From: Diplonema japonicum
Lineage: Eukaryota; Protista; Euglenozoa: Diplonemea
DNA length: 64,000 nucleotides
Assembly (NCBI GenBank): GCA_964019335.1
Contig: OZ025655.1
Span: forward strand, 796,771-860,770
Reading direction: 5' to 3'
Program-made: the position numbers and the translations under genes
The notes under the pieces: generated by a model
Database searches by the model: none
What the model was told of the DNA's origin: nothing
The model's input: only the letters and a program-made list of their open reading frames with translations
In this document: in pieces, positions 52,818 through 64,000 of the stretch
How the letters are laid out: every line of letters starts with the position of its first letter
Position numbering within the stretch: position 1 is the first letter of the stretch

Positions 52818-55800
52818 ATGGACCCTAGACGAAACGTCGTCGGAGACCGCCGCCCGCAGGAGGAACGCCTACGAGAGACGCCGACCAAGCCGACCACCCG
52901 ACCAGACCGAAATCTGGCCGGGCAGTATGACCCCTCCCCTCCCCTTAGATCCCCTCTAGATGTCGTAAAAAATAATAAAAAACATAAAAAAATAGAACCA
53001 CCCGCAGCCAGCGCGCCCGCTCCTGATTCCGCAGCCACCACCGCCACCCGCCTGAAGACTGAGAGGGGGGAAAAAAAGAAAGAAGGAGGGTGGGTGCTCA
53101 CGGGAGGGGACCACCCCCCGGGCTTAAGAACAGGCCCAGCTCCCACCCACCCAGAGACCTTGCTCTCAGGGGGGTGGGAGTCCATTTCGGGGAACAAAGG
53201 GAGGGAAACCCTCCAATTTGGTTTCAGGTGGGTGGGTGCCCGTGCCAAAGTGCGCCGCACCACCCCGATCCCAGAGGGGGCCAGGGGTTGGGTGGCGGAG
53301 GTGGCCACCGCAGCGGGGCTGGGGATCACCCCAGACCAGGTGCTCGTAAATCGATACGAGCCTGGGTGTGGAATCGCCCACCACACCGACGACGTGAGGT
53401 TGGGACCAGTGGTCCTCATCCTCTCGTACGGTGCAGAGACCATGATGGTCCTGAAGAAGGGGTCCAGGGTATCGAAGTACCTGGTGCCTCCCTTCACCTG
53501 GGCCATTCTGGAGGGTGAGGCCCGCTACGAATGGACCCACCACATCCCTGAAGGGTGTTCTTCGGGCTCCAGGGTGTCGATCACCCTGTGGACGGTTGGC
53601 TGCCCCGTGCCCCTCCCCTCCCCCTCTGTGTCCTCTGTGGAGGAAATAGAAAAAAAAAAAACTGTGTTTGTGGGGAGAAGGAAAGAGAGTGCGAAGGAGG
53701 TGTCCCCGAGAGAGGGAGGCGCCCCTTCCCCCCCTTCCTCCGCTTCTTCTTGTTCTTCTTTCTCTTGTTTATCTGTCCCCCCTCTTGTAAACTCCCCCCT
53801 TGTAAACCCCCCCATTGTAGATTCCCCCCCCTTTGTTTCTTCCCAGGGGGAGGACAAGAAAAAAATAGGTAAGGGTGCACTCCCGAGAGAGGGTAGCGCC
53901 CCTTCCTCTGCTTCTTCTATCTCTGGATTATCTGTCTCCCCTCTTGTAAACTCCCCTTCCTCCGCTTCTTCTTTTTCTTCTTTCTCTTGTTTATCTGTCC
54001 CCCCTCTTGTAAATTCCCCCCTTGTAAACCCCCCCCTTGTAGATCCCCCCCCCTTTGTTCCCTCCCAGGAGGAGGATAAGAAAAAAAAAAAAGGGAAGGG
54101 TGCACTCCCGAGAGAGGGTAGTGCCCCTTCCTCTGCTTCTTCTATTTATGGTTTATCTGTCCCCCCTCTTGTAAATCCCCCCCTTGCAAACCCCCCCCAA
54201 GTGGATTCCCCCCCCTTTGTTTCCTCCCAGAAGGAGGATAAGAAGAAAAAAGAGAAGGGTGCTCTCCCTAGAGAGGTTAGCGCCCCTTCGGCCCCCCCAT
54301 TGTCACCCCCCCTTTACACCCGGATCCGAATGGGTCCGGGACTTTTTTTGAGGGTGGAAAATAAACAAAAAAACACACCCACACTCACTAACAGGAGGGG
54401 GGTCCTGGCCCCCGTTTCCACCACCCTCCAGGGGGTGGTGGGGGCGGTGGCCCAGGAGGAAAGATGGAAGCCGGAGCGCGCCCCGCAGGGGAGGAATGGA
54501 GGGGGAGTACCCTGGTTGGCCCCGGGACCCCGGAAGACGAGGCAGACGGTGACGAAGGGCCGGAGGAGGAGACACCGTAGCGAGGCCACCCTCCAAAGGC
54601 GCCACGAGGAGAGGGCCCAGGCCAGGGAGAAGGCTAGGGAAATCGCTGACAGGGAGCGGAGGAGGCTGCACCGCCAGAGAAGGGTCGAGAAGAGGAGGGA
54701 AAGGGAAGCCTGCAAGAAGAAGGGGTGCGGTCCCGCCCCTCCAGCTGTTGCAGCCCGGCTCATCGGGATAGCGGAAGCGGAGGAGAGGGCTGCGATGGCC
54801 AGGAGGGCCATCAGGTCGAGGGCCGGGAAACACCTTGCGAGGAAGAGGTGGGTGGCCAGGAGACGTTGGGGGCCCTATACCAGGGTGGTCTATCGGAGCC
54901 CCGTGCCCCCCCTCCCCTTAGAAGCCTCCTCGCTCAAAGGCGGAGCAACGCTTTCCCAACCCCCACCCCCGCCTCCGCCCCCAGGCGCAGCCGGAGGCCC
55001 CCCCGCCACCAGTAGGAGCACGGCCGGGGCTTCCCAAAGGACCGACGGAGTGTGGGAGTGCCTGCTGTGTGAGAAGGGTAAGAAAGAGCACTCGTCGAAG
55101 GCGGGCTTGCAGTACCACCTGTCGAAGACCCACGCCGGAGAGCTCACGCCAGAGAACGCGAAGGCGATGGGTTTCGCGATCTGCGGAGGGTGCAGCGTGC
55201 TGTTCACGGCGGGGAACAAGGAGTGGTGCGTGAATTGCCAGCCCAAGCCCGAGAAGGAGCCCTCCCGCCTCGTCCGTGGGATATCGGGCTCGTCTGTCAC
55301 CAGGGAGTCGATCCTGCACGAGGTGGGTGCCAAGGAGGAGGATGCTGGGGGCGGAGGGGATTGCTTGTTCCGCTCTCTGGCGGTGGTGCTGCTGGGGGAG
55401 AAGGAACGACACGGAGAGGTGAGGAGTCGGGTGGTCAACCACATAAGGGACAACAGGGGCAGGTTCGAGAGCTTTGTGGATCCAATCGGTTTTGAGGCCT
55501 ACATCCACTACATGGCAAAGCAAGGGGAGTGGGGGGACCACCTTTGTCTGCAGGCGGCGGTGGAGGTCTGGCAAAAGACGGTCGTGGTCGTGACCGGGGG
55601 TGACGCCCAGGTCTTGAAGCTCGGGGAGGCAAGGGAACCGGAGGATACGGTGGTGCTTGGCTTCACGGGATCCCACTACAGGCCTGTGTTGGTCTTGGAG
55701 GGCGGAAAGTCCACCCTGGTGGATTGGGCGGTGGAGGCGAGGCTAGCCCCCTCGGGGACCAGGCCCACCATCCTGGACCTCGCCCACCTCCTGATGCCGG

Positions 55801-58800
55801 AGTCCTCCATCAGGCCCAACGGACACCACATGAAGGATGCCCCACGACTGGACAGCAAGGTCAGGAGTTTCCAGTGCCCGGTGAGGGGGTGCGAGAGGTC
55901 GTCCCACATGGGAGGCCCGGCGATCTTGGGGTGGGAACTGCTGAAGTCCCACTTGAACGACCACCTGCTGGACGAGGAGGTACTCCCGCAGGAGCTGAAG
56001 AAGTTTGGCCTCAAGACCTGCGTGTGTGGGTCGGTGGTGGGCGAACAGGAGGCGGCTCACGTCAGGTGCATCGCCAGGTACAGCGCTCCTGGGGGTCCCG
56101 TGGATGTGAAGGCGGCCCCTAGCCGGGACGCACTTCCTTCTCTGGAGGAGGTGGCCACCCGGAAAGTGGGCCTCATGAAGCACATCCCCGTCCCGCTCCA
56201 AGGGTTGTGGAGTCTGGCGCTGAAGACGGCACTGGTGAGGGTGAAGCAGGAGAACTCCTACCTGTCGTGGGTGCTGCTCCTGATGCTTCCGAAGGCTTGC
56301 CTGGGCAGACGCAGGGGTGGAAAGGCACGTCGGAAGTCCGGGGAGAGCAGCGCCAAGCAGAAGTTGGAGGCCTGGATCAGAGGGGAGTACCAGCAGGTGT
56401 GGAACGGAGTCCCCCTATCGGAGAAGAGAGTCTCGAAGGATCCAGACGACGAATCCAGGCTGAAGAGAGGGGAGACGCTGTGCAGGGATGGGCGCTTCTC
56501 CAGAGCCAACGCAGCGCTAACTGCGGGAGGGTTGGCGGAGGACTCCACCGAGACCTTCGAGAAGCTCCTGGGCCTCCACCCTGAGGCATCGGTTGACCCC
56601 TCGGGGCTAGAACTGAATCCGGCTGACTCCTTCGAGGACGTCACGGCCGTCGACGTTCTGAGCATGGTCCGGGACTTTGACAAGGGGAAAGCGGCTGGGC
56701 CGACTGGGTTGAGCGCCCAACACCTGAAGGACGGGGTGGACGGCGTGGTGACGGAAGTAGGGGCCCTGGCGGCTCTCACCGAGGTGTGCAATATCATGGC
56801 CAGAGGTCAGACTCCGGCTGAGGTGGCACCGGTGCTACTAGGGGCGAGCTTGATTCCGCTGCGGAAACCGGACAGGGGAGTCCGTCCGATCGCCGTAGGA
56901 GAGAGCCTGAGACGACTTGTAGGGAAGGCAATCCTTGACAAGGAAGGGGCGGAAGTGGCCAAGTCCTACCTGAGGAAGGGGGGCCAGATCGGGGTGGCGG
57001 TCCCCGCGGGGATGGAGGCGGCTGTCCACGCGACAAGGCAGTACGTGGAGAAGGCGAAACAGGACGACGTATCCCGAGTGGCGATCAAGATAGACTACGC
57101 AAACGCCTTCAACACAATCAGCAGGTACGAGATGCTAAAGGAGGCGTGCGCGAAGGTTCCCAAGGGGTACAAGTGGGCCGAATCTTGCTACAGACACCCA
57201 TCCAAGCTGTTCCACGAGGGGACGGAGCTACTCTCGAGGGAGGGGGTCCAGCAGGGCGACCCGGTGGGTCCGTTGCTGTTCTCCCTCGCGCTGCAGCCAG
57301 TACTGGAGAAGATAAGGGCGGATACAAGTCTGGACCTCCAGTTCTTCTACCTCGATGACGGGTTCCTGGCCGGAGAGAGGGGACAGGTGGAGAAGGCCTA
57401 CCGCATCGTGGTAGAGGAGTCGGCGAAGCGAGGCCTGAAGGTGAAGCCGCAGAAGTGCGAGTTGATCTGGGTGTCTGGTGAGAAGCCGACCGACCCAGAA
57501 GAGTGGGGCTTCTCCGGTTTCTCCAAGGAGAAAATGAGCTCGGATGGGAACTTCAAGCTCCTGGGGACCCCCATAGGGGACGCGGAGTACACGAAGGCCT
57601 TCTTGGCAAAGAAGCTCGAGGCCCTGGGCAAGACCTTCGAGATGCAGAAGAAGATGAGGACCCAGTCGGGCTACGCCTTGGTGAAGAACTGCAGCTCGTA
57701 CAGCAAGATGGTCCACCTCATGCGCACGGTACCGCACACGCAGCTAGCGGGCCCCTTGACGGAATTCGACGGCCTGGTGAAGGGGGCGATGGAGCACCTT
57801 CTTGCCCGGGAGCTCGGGGAGAGGGAGTGGAGCCAGGCGAAGCTTGCGACGAGGAGGGGAGGGATGGGCCTTCGCAGCTGCAGCGAACACGCCCTAGTGG
57901 CGAACATGGCCTCGCTGGCGGCGACCCAGGAGCTGGCGTCGGAGATCCTGGGGGGGTACGACTGGGACGCTTCACTGGCGGGTGGCTGGGAGTGGGGGGT
58001 CGAGTGGTTCAACAGCCACCTCGCAGCCGACGATCCTGACAGGCTCTCCGTGGACCTGCTGCGAAACACCCCGAGGCTGTACCCTCAGAGGAAGATGTCG
58101 CAGATCCTCGAGGAGAAGTCCTGGGGTGCGCTGTTCGGGAGCTCCCCGGGTGGTAGGGACAAGGCCAGGTTGAACTCGCTGAAGGTTCACAAAGCAGGGG
58201 CTTGGCTGACGGCGATCACGGGCTTGAATAACGAACTAAAGAACGATGAGTTCAGGACGCTGACCAGCTGGCTCCTTGGCACCGCAGTCGGGTCCGAGGG
58301 GAAGTGCCCGATGTGCGGTGAGGACAACGACGCACTAGGCGACCATGCCATGGTTTGCAAGAGAGGTGCGGTCATGACGAAGAGGCACGACAGGGTGAGG
58401 GACATGTTGGTGAAGCACTGCTACAGCGGCGGGTTGCAAGCGGTGAAGGAGCAACAAGGCCTCCTGGGTGACGGGAGGAAGCCTGCTGACGTTTACCTCC
58501 CGATGGGGGTGGAAGGCGAGGGCCCTCTGGCCATCGACGTGACGGTGGTCCACCCGTGTGCGAGCGCCCACCTGGCGGCGGCAATGGCGGTTCCGGGGGC
58601 GGCTGCGGAGAAACAGGCGGAGTCGAAGCGGGCGAAGTACGCGAGCGACTGCGAGAGAGCCCGGATACGGTTCACCCCCTGTGCTCTGGAGACGTTTGGC
58701 GGGTTCGGGACCGACGCCAGGAGGGTGCTGAAGAGGATCGCGGCGGAGGTGGCGAAGAAGAGGCAGCGGGACGCGACGGAGGTCTATAGGACCATGACAG

Positions 58801-61785
58801 AGGAACTGAGCGTAGCCCTCATGAGAGAGGTGGCAGTGGAGACGAGGAGGAGGCACCCGATCAAAGAGACACAAGCACCGCCCGACCCACCCCCGGCCCC
58901 AGACATCCCCCCCGATGGCCCAGGAGACGAGGAAGCCCAGGCAGCGGGCGCCCCCCCACCCTCGACGGAGGACGCGTCAGGCACGACAAAAACCGAATCA
59001 GCCGACATGCCCGCTGGAGAGGAGGAAGTGTGCACGACGCAGGATGGCCCCAGCGCGATGGAGGAGGACCCGGCAGAGGACATGCCAGAGGAGCAGGCGG
59101 AGTTGCAGACAGGCCCTCTCTCATTGGGGGGAGGACTTCGGCTTGATGGAGGTGGAAAGCGAGGACGGGCTGGAGGGCGGTGCTCCGCAGGCGGACATCC
59201 CCGCCGCCCCCCCGGTCGTCGGAGGGACGGACTTGGCCCCCGCGGGGGAGGGGGGGACCCCTGACGCGACGGAGGTGAGGGAGCCCTGGGAGGCAGTGCC
59301 GCTACCAGACGTCTCCAGCCCCGACGCGATGGAGGATGATACGGCAGGGAGCTCGCTCGCAGAAGGGTGGGTCCCGCAGGCAGGCCCCGCTGCCCCGCGG
59401 GTGGACATCTCAGGTTCTAAAGAAAACGAAACAGCCGACTTGTCCATGGGGGAGGGAAGTCCTCAGGAGGAGGAGCCCGGCTTGATGGAGGAGGACACGG
59501 AAGAGAGCGGGGATGGGCAGGGCGGAGGGACGTCGCTGGGATACACCTCCACCCCGGCGGAGGAGGTGGGCCCGACCGACATGTCCGTGGAGGAGGAGGA
59601 GGAGAAGAGTGATTCGATAGAGGGTGGGGAACCCATGGAGGGGACGTCTCAGTCGGACGCCTCCGACTCCTCCTCGGAGGGCAACACTGGCACAGAAAAC
59701 ACCATCCAAGCCGCATTGCCTGAAGGAATGGAGGAGGAGGACGCGCAGGGAACGGACCGGATGGAGGTTGAGGGGGGCCTGACTCCGCCGCAGGCATCAG
59801 AGGGGAACACTGGCACAGAAAACACCATCCAAGCCGTATTGCCCGAAGGAATGGAGGAGGAGGGCTCGCAGGGGACGGTCCAGACGGAGGTTGAGGGGGG
59901 CCTAACCCCGCCACAGGCATCAGAGGGGGATGAGCCTATGGGGCCACTCCTGCTCGAGGGACGGGCTGAGGTAAGTGGAGAACCGAGCAACCACCAGTTT
60001 CCCCTCTCTCCGTCCCCCTCGGGAAGGGAGGACGACCAGATGTCGTGGCAGGGGCCGCAGGAAGGGGAGGGGGGGCCCTCACCGTCATCTTCGATGGAGG
60101 AAGTCCTCTCGTCCGCCCCAGAGTCCAGCAGCGAAGGCCCCGGGGTCGGAGAAGGGGACGCAGAGTTGCAGAGCGCCGGAGGGGAGGGAGGTTCGGAGTC
60201 ACCCGGGTCGGCCAGCCCGATGAGGGAGGACGAAGGGAGCCCCGATCTGGAAGCGGCAGAAGCCGGAGGCCCGCCAGCGGCGGTGAGCCAGGAGGTGGAG
60301 CGGACCGGGCTGGGCGCGTTCTCTAGGGAGCAGATCATGGCGATCCTGGGGGCGGATGTCTTCTCTCCTGTACCCGCGGGAGAAAGCGGCCTGGGGACGA
60401 CACAACCCTCACAGGGAGCGGCGGTGCTAACCCCAAGGGCCTCCCAGTCGGTGCTCGGAGGAGGGTGCGACTCCCCCATTGTGGCGGCGGTGTTGGAAGG
60501 GGCTGCCCGAGGCCCCCCTTCGTCGGAGGGGGACAGGGCAAGGCTTGGGGGAGACCGTGAGTCAGGCTCTCCGGAGGCCAGGAGCACGGGGAACACACCG
60601 TCCGTGACGCTTGTGGGAGCCATCGGGGAAAGCCTGGTGAGGAAGAGGGTCCCGTCCAACGAGGCCCTGTCCGCCCAGAGGGATCCCAAGGTACAGAGGC
60701 ACCCAGCGTTGCTGGACGTCAGGGGGCCTGCGGTCCGCCCCTGGTTCCCAGTCCAACTAGAGTCAGACGAAGTTTACGTGGCGCGGGTTCTCTTCGAGGC
60801 GGACGGGGAGGAGGAGTCCCCCATCCAGTCGGAAGGCGTCGAACCCCCTATCCAGGCGGAGGGTGGTGAGTCCCATGTCCGGGAGCTCCCCGCCCAGGAG
60901 GAGGAGGCTGGGTCTCCCACCCAGGCGGAGGTGGGTGAGTCCCCCACTCAGACGGAGGGCAGTGGATCCAGCATCCAGGTGGAGGATAGCGAATCCCCTA
61001 CTCAGTCGGAGGGTGATGAGTCCCACATCCAGGAGGAAGGAGGGGAGTCCCCTGCCCAGGCGGAAGGTGAAGCTAATGAGCCCCCCATCCAGACGGGAGC
61101 GGCGGTGGAGGACGGGACCGCGCCCGAGCCCCTCGAGATTGATTCGCCGGAGGTCAGTGGGAACAGGGGTCTGGCGAGGAAGAGGGTGCCCTCGAATGAG
61201 GCTCAGTCCGCCCAGCGGACCCCAAAAGTGAAGAAGGGTCGCGGCCAGCTGGACGTAAGAGAATCGAGCCTGGCCGCTGGCATGCGCGTGCTGTTCGGAG
61301 CGGTTCCGCCCCCTTCCCTGACCCCCTTGGCCGTGGGTAGCAGGCCGCCGCAGGAGGAAGGCGAAACGGCGCAATCTCCCATTCCGGGGGCGAGCGGTGC
61401 AGGGCTCTACTCTCCAGAGGCGAGGTTCCCGGAGGCGCCCGTGGTGTCCATGGCCGCGGACCTGTGCGAGTCGGACGGGATGGAGGCACATTCGGCCCCC
61501 TCCGGTGTGGACAGAGAGCCTTCGCCCGCTCGTCCGTCGCAGTCTCCCGTGCTGGGGGCTGAAGGCGGGGGGCGCCTCTCTCCGGAGGTCAGTACCCCAG
61601 AAACCTCCAACCCCGATGTCCGGGTAGAGGGCGGGGAAAAGGTCGCCAGAAAAAGGGTACCTTCCCACGAGACCCAGTCGGCCCAACGCGCCGCTAAGGT
61701 CGGGAAGGGCCCTGTCCAACGAGATGTGAGGGGGCCCCAGGGTGGTCGATCCACCCCCCTGGGCTCGCAAGGGCCCAGGGCTTGA
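52818..61785 (+). CDS. Element 2 polyprotein: AlkB (~53210-53590), Ser/Pro repeats, Arg-rich region, LKGG|A, ZnF, OTU (~55320-55690), ZnF, RT (~56470-57580), CCHC+RLE (~58305-58740), acidic tail; one frameshift near 59110-59135
   Basis: The 2148-aa ORF 52818-59264 continues compositionally into the acidic 58915-61785 frame. AlkB NRYEPGCGIAHHTD...WTH...RVSITL; OTU GDCLFRSL...WGDH...GSHY. Confidence 0.85.
53700..54290 (+). repeat. In-frame tandem repeats inside the element 2 ORF
   Basis: About three copies of PREG(G/S)APS..SS...PPLVN.PL.NPP.VD.PPFV.SQ.EDKKK. Confidence 0.85.
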
Positions 61786-61968
61786 GCAGCCAACATTAAG
61801 GGTTCCTGAGGGAAGCCCTCTTTAGAATTCCCCCCCCTTTTTTTTTTTTTTTTTTTTTTGCAAGAACGAGTCTTTGACTTGTCTAAACAAAAGGGGAACG
61901 TTGGCAACGTGTTTCGGGTTGACAAACGTCTCCAGGTTTTACCCGGCACGTACAAACAACGGCCAGTC

Positions 61969-62032
<64 letters not shown>

Positions 62033-63310
62033 CCATTACAACAAAACGACAAAGGGGAAAAAAAAAAAAAAAGAAAGTTAGCAAAAGAAAAAAAAAAGGG
62101 GACCGGGAGTTTTCCCCCTGAAGTTCCTTTGTTAAAACATGTTTGCTGTTGGGTTTCCGTTTCTTTTCTTTTTGGTTTTACTAGGAGTTTTCCTTCTACA
62201 GATTGTTTGCTGATGGTTTTGAGTTGATTCTTTTTTATTTTTTATCTTATGGTTTAACTAGAAGTTTTCCTTCTACAGCTTGTTCGCTGACGGGTGGGTT
62301 TATCAGGCGGGCTTCCATAGCTGGTGACCTATGGAAGCCTTCCCAAATTTTTTCTTTTTTTCAGGCCGGGCTGGGGAAGGACGGCAAGACCACCAACGGA
62401 GGAGAAACCGCTGCAGAAAGGGGAAAGGTGCAGGAAGACGAAGAGGACGAGAGGGCGTCTCACAAAGACTCCCTTCAATTCATATATCTTTTATTTTCTT
62501 TTTATTTTTCTTTTCTTTATTTTCTTTCTCCCAACCCTACCCCCCCTCGAAAAAAAAAAGAAAAGAAAAGAAAAGATTCATTCCTCCCTAGTTTATTATA
62601 TTTTGCATCAGGTTCGCCGAGAAAATAAAAGGAAAAACAAGGAAAGAGAACGGCAACCAAATTTTAAATTTTTATTTTATCATCAAAGGAGGTTTGAAAA
62701 AGAGAAAAATTAAAGAGAAGAAAGAGGCCTTTTTCTCCTCTATCGATAAGTGATTCACGAACTCGAATCTTTATCACCACTTTTTTGTGCATGCCAGATT
62801 TTTTTTTTCTCCCGCCTTGTTAGAGAAGTTTTAATTTACTAGTAAAAAAATAAAAAAAGTGAAAAGAGGAGTAGAAGACGATCCGGTGGGGGGCATGGGA
62901 ACCATAAACCGTGTCTTCCATCGCGATCGGCAAGGCGGGGGCTTTTCCGTCCCATGGGTGAAAAGAGGCGGATAAAACCACTATTCCGGACCCCCCCCAA
63001 CACTGAGCATGCACTTTTTCCCCCATACATACCTCTCTTGTTTATCAAAATATCACCAATTTTACGGCGGACGCCAAGAAAAAAAAAAGCCAAGGAGAAG
63101 GAGTTTAGGGAAATAACAAAAGACCTACGGCCCCAAGGAAGGCGGTGAAAACAGCCATGGTGGGCCAGCCCTGGCAGACAGGGAGCCTGAACACCAAGAA
63201 CACCGCGGAGCCAAATTTGCATCCGGAATTTTCGGTTTTCAAACTTACAAAAACCCCCTGTAGGCATCTGCGTCCGTCCAGCCCCATTTTGGCACCCCTT
63301 TTGGGTGCGG

Positions 63311-63361
<51 letters not shown>

Positions 63362-63416
63362 AAGGAAAGAAAAGGAAAATAAACAAGTCTACTTTTTTTT
63401 TTTTTTTTTTTTTTTT

Positions 63417-63802
63417 CTAATGGGGGCTTGCCGACTTTGACTTGACCGAAGCTGTCAGGGGTCAACGCAGTTGTGTCGGGCTTTTCGCGGCCTGGGGTAG
63501 GGGGCCGGGGGTGAGGCTGCTCGGCTGGCGTCTGATATGAGACGCTGGTGGGGCTGAGCGCCGGGACTTGGGGGTGGGAGGAAGGAGAAAAACACCAGAC
63601 AGCGCGCACAGCAGCAACACAGCACCGACGAACCACACAGCAACACCACACCCACAGCGTTCGACTGCCTGCCGCCTATTTTTTTCTAAGGGAGTTTGCC
63701 GACTTTGACTTGACCGAAGTTGTCAGGGGTCAACACAGTTGTGTCGGGCTTTTCGCGGCCTGGAGTAGGGGGCCGGGTGAGGCTGCTCAGCTGGCGTCTG
63801 AT
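63417..63802. repeat. ~118-bp direct repeat (63417-63536 and 63686-63802)
   Basis: CTAA.GG.G.TTGCCGACTTTGACTTGACCGAAG...GGCGTCTGAT occurs twice with few differences, each copy preceded by a T run. Confidence 0.9.
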
Positions 63803-64000
63803 GCAAACCCGCAAACCCGCAAACCCGCAAACCCGCAAACCCGCAAACCCGCAAACCCGCAAACCCGCAAACCCGCAAACCCGCAAACCCGCAAACCCGC
63901 AAACCCGCAAACCCGCAAACCCGCAAACCCGCAAACCCGCAAACCCGCAAACCCGCAAACCCGCAAACCCGCAAACCCGCAAACCCGCAAACCCGCAAAC
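63803..64000 (+). repeat. Perfect (AAACCCGC)n / (TTTGCGGG)n telomere-like array, about 25 units, running off the window
   Basis: Direct observation; no variant units. Confidence 0.97.

Larger units (their letters stand above)
52622..63802 (+). mobile_element. CRE/SLACS-clade non-LTR retrotransposon, element 2 (AlkB-OTU-RT-RLE), apparently full length; 3' boundary uncertain (about 62.0, 63.36 or 63.80 kb)
   Basis: SL at the 5' end, long ORF, RT with YLDD at 57348-57359, CPMC...HAMVC knuckle, RHD, KPADV, AIDVTVVHP, ESKRAKY, ALETFGGFG. Confidence 0.88.

Noticed and set aside
45678-61785. 2A ribosomal-skip peptide, giant-virus origin or LTR structure for the retroelements
   Set aside because: No DxExNPGP motif, no capsid, integrase or RNase H, and no LTRs; the RT+RLE motifs fit the CRE clade.
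63803-64000. Ordinary right-hand telomere
   Set aside because: The strand polarity is reversed (C-rich on + at the 3' side), so it is kept only as an open question.

Overview
Nuclear DNA of a euglenozoan protist, almost certainly a diplonemid: it contains a 39-nt diplonemid-type spliced leader (SL) copy, a BILBO1 homologue, a one-strand gene cluster and cis-introns. Part 1 (1-37.0 kb) is a dense, all-minus-strand, probably polycistronic cluster with tiny (mostly 31-44 nt) GT-AG introns. It encodes a DNAH10-like axonemal dynein heavy chain, DAHP synthase, a C2/GRAM protein, a PsbP-like repeat protein, a DOMON-fused SOS1/NhaP-type Na+/H+ antiporter, DnaJ, MFSD5, Rab14, a BILBO1-like protein, a USP32-like DUB, cytochrome b5 and a Kelch protein. 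Part 2 (37.4-44.7 kb) holds a ~385-bp palindrome and nested non-autonomous DNA transposons with CAGTG...CACTG ends and 7-bp TSDs, whose empty sites are also in the window. Part 3 (44.7-64 kb) holds two divergent, head-to-head CRE/SLACS-clade non-LTR retrotransposons. Both share the architecture AlkB dioxygenase - Arg-rich region - LxGG|A - Zn fingers - OTU protease - RT - RLE - acidic tail. The best candidate for an undescribed system is this virus-like retroelement polyprotein: an RNA-repair AlkB plus an OTU protease with a ubiquitin-mimic self-cleavage site. The plus-strand copy begins with a full SL followed by a 16-nt SL relic, the footprint expected from repeated retrotransposition of trans-spliced RNA. 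The window ends in a perfect (AAACCCGC)n array whose polarity is opposite to a right-end telomere.
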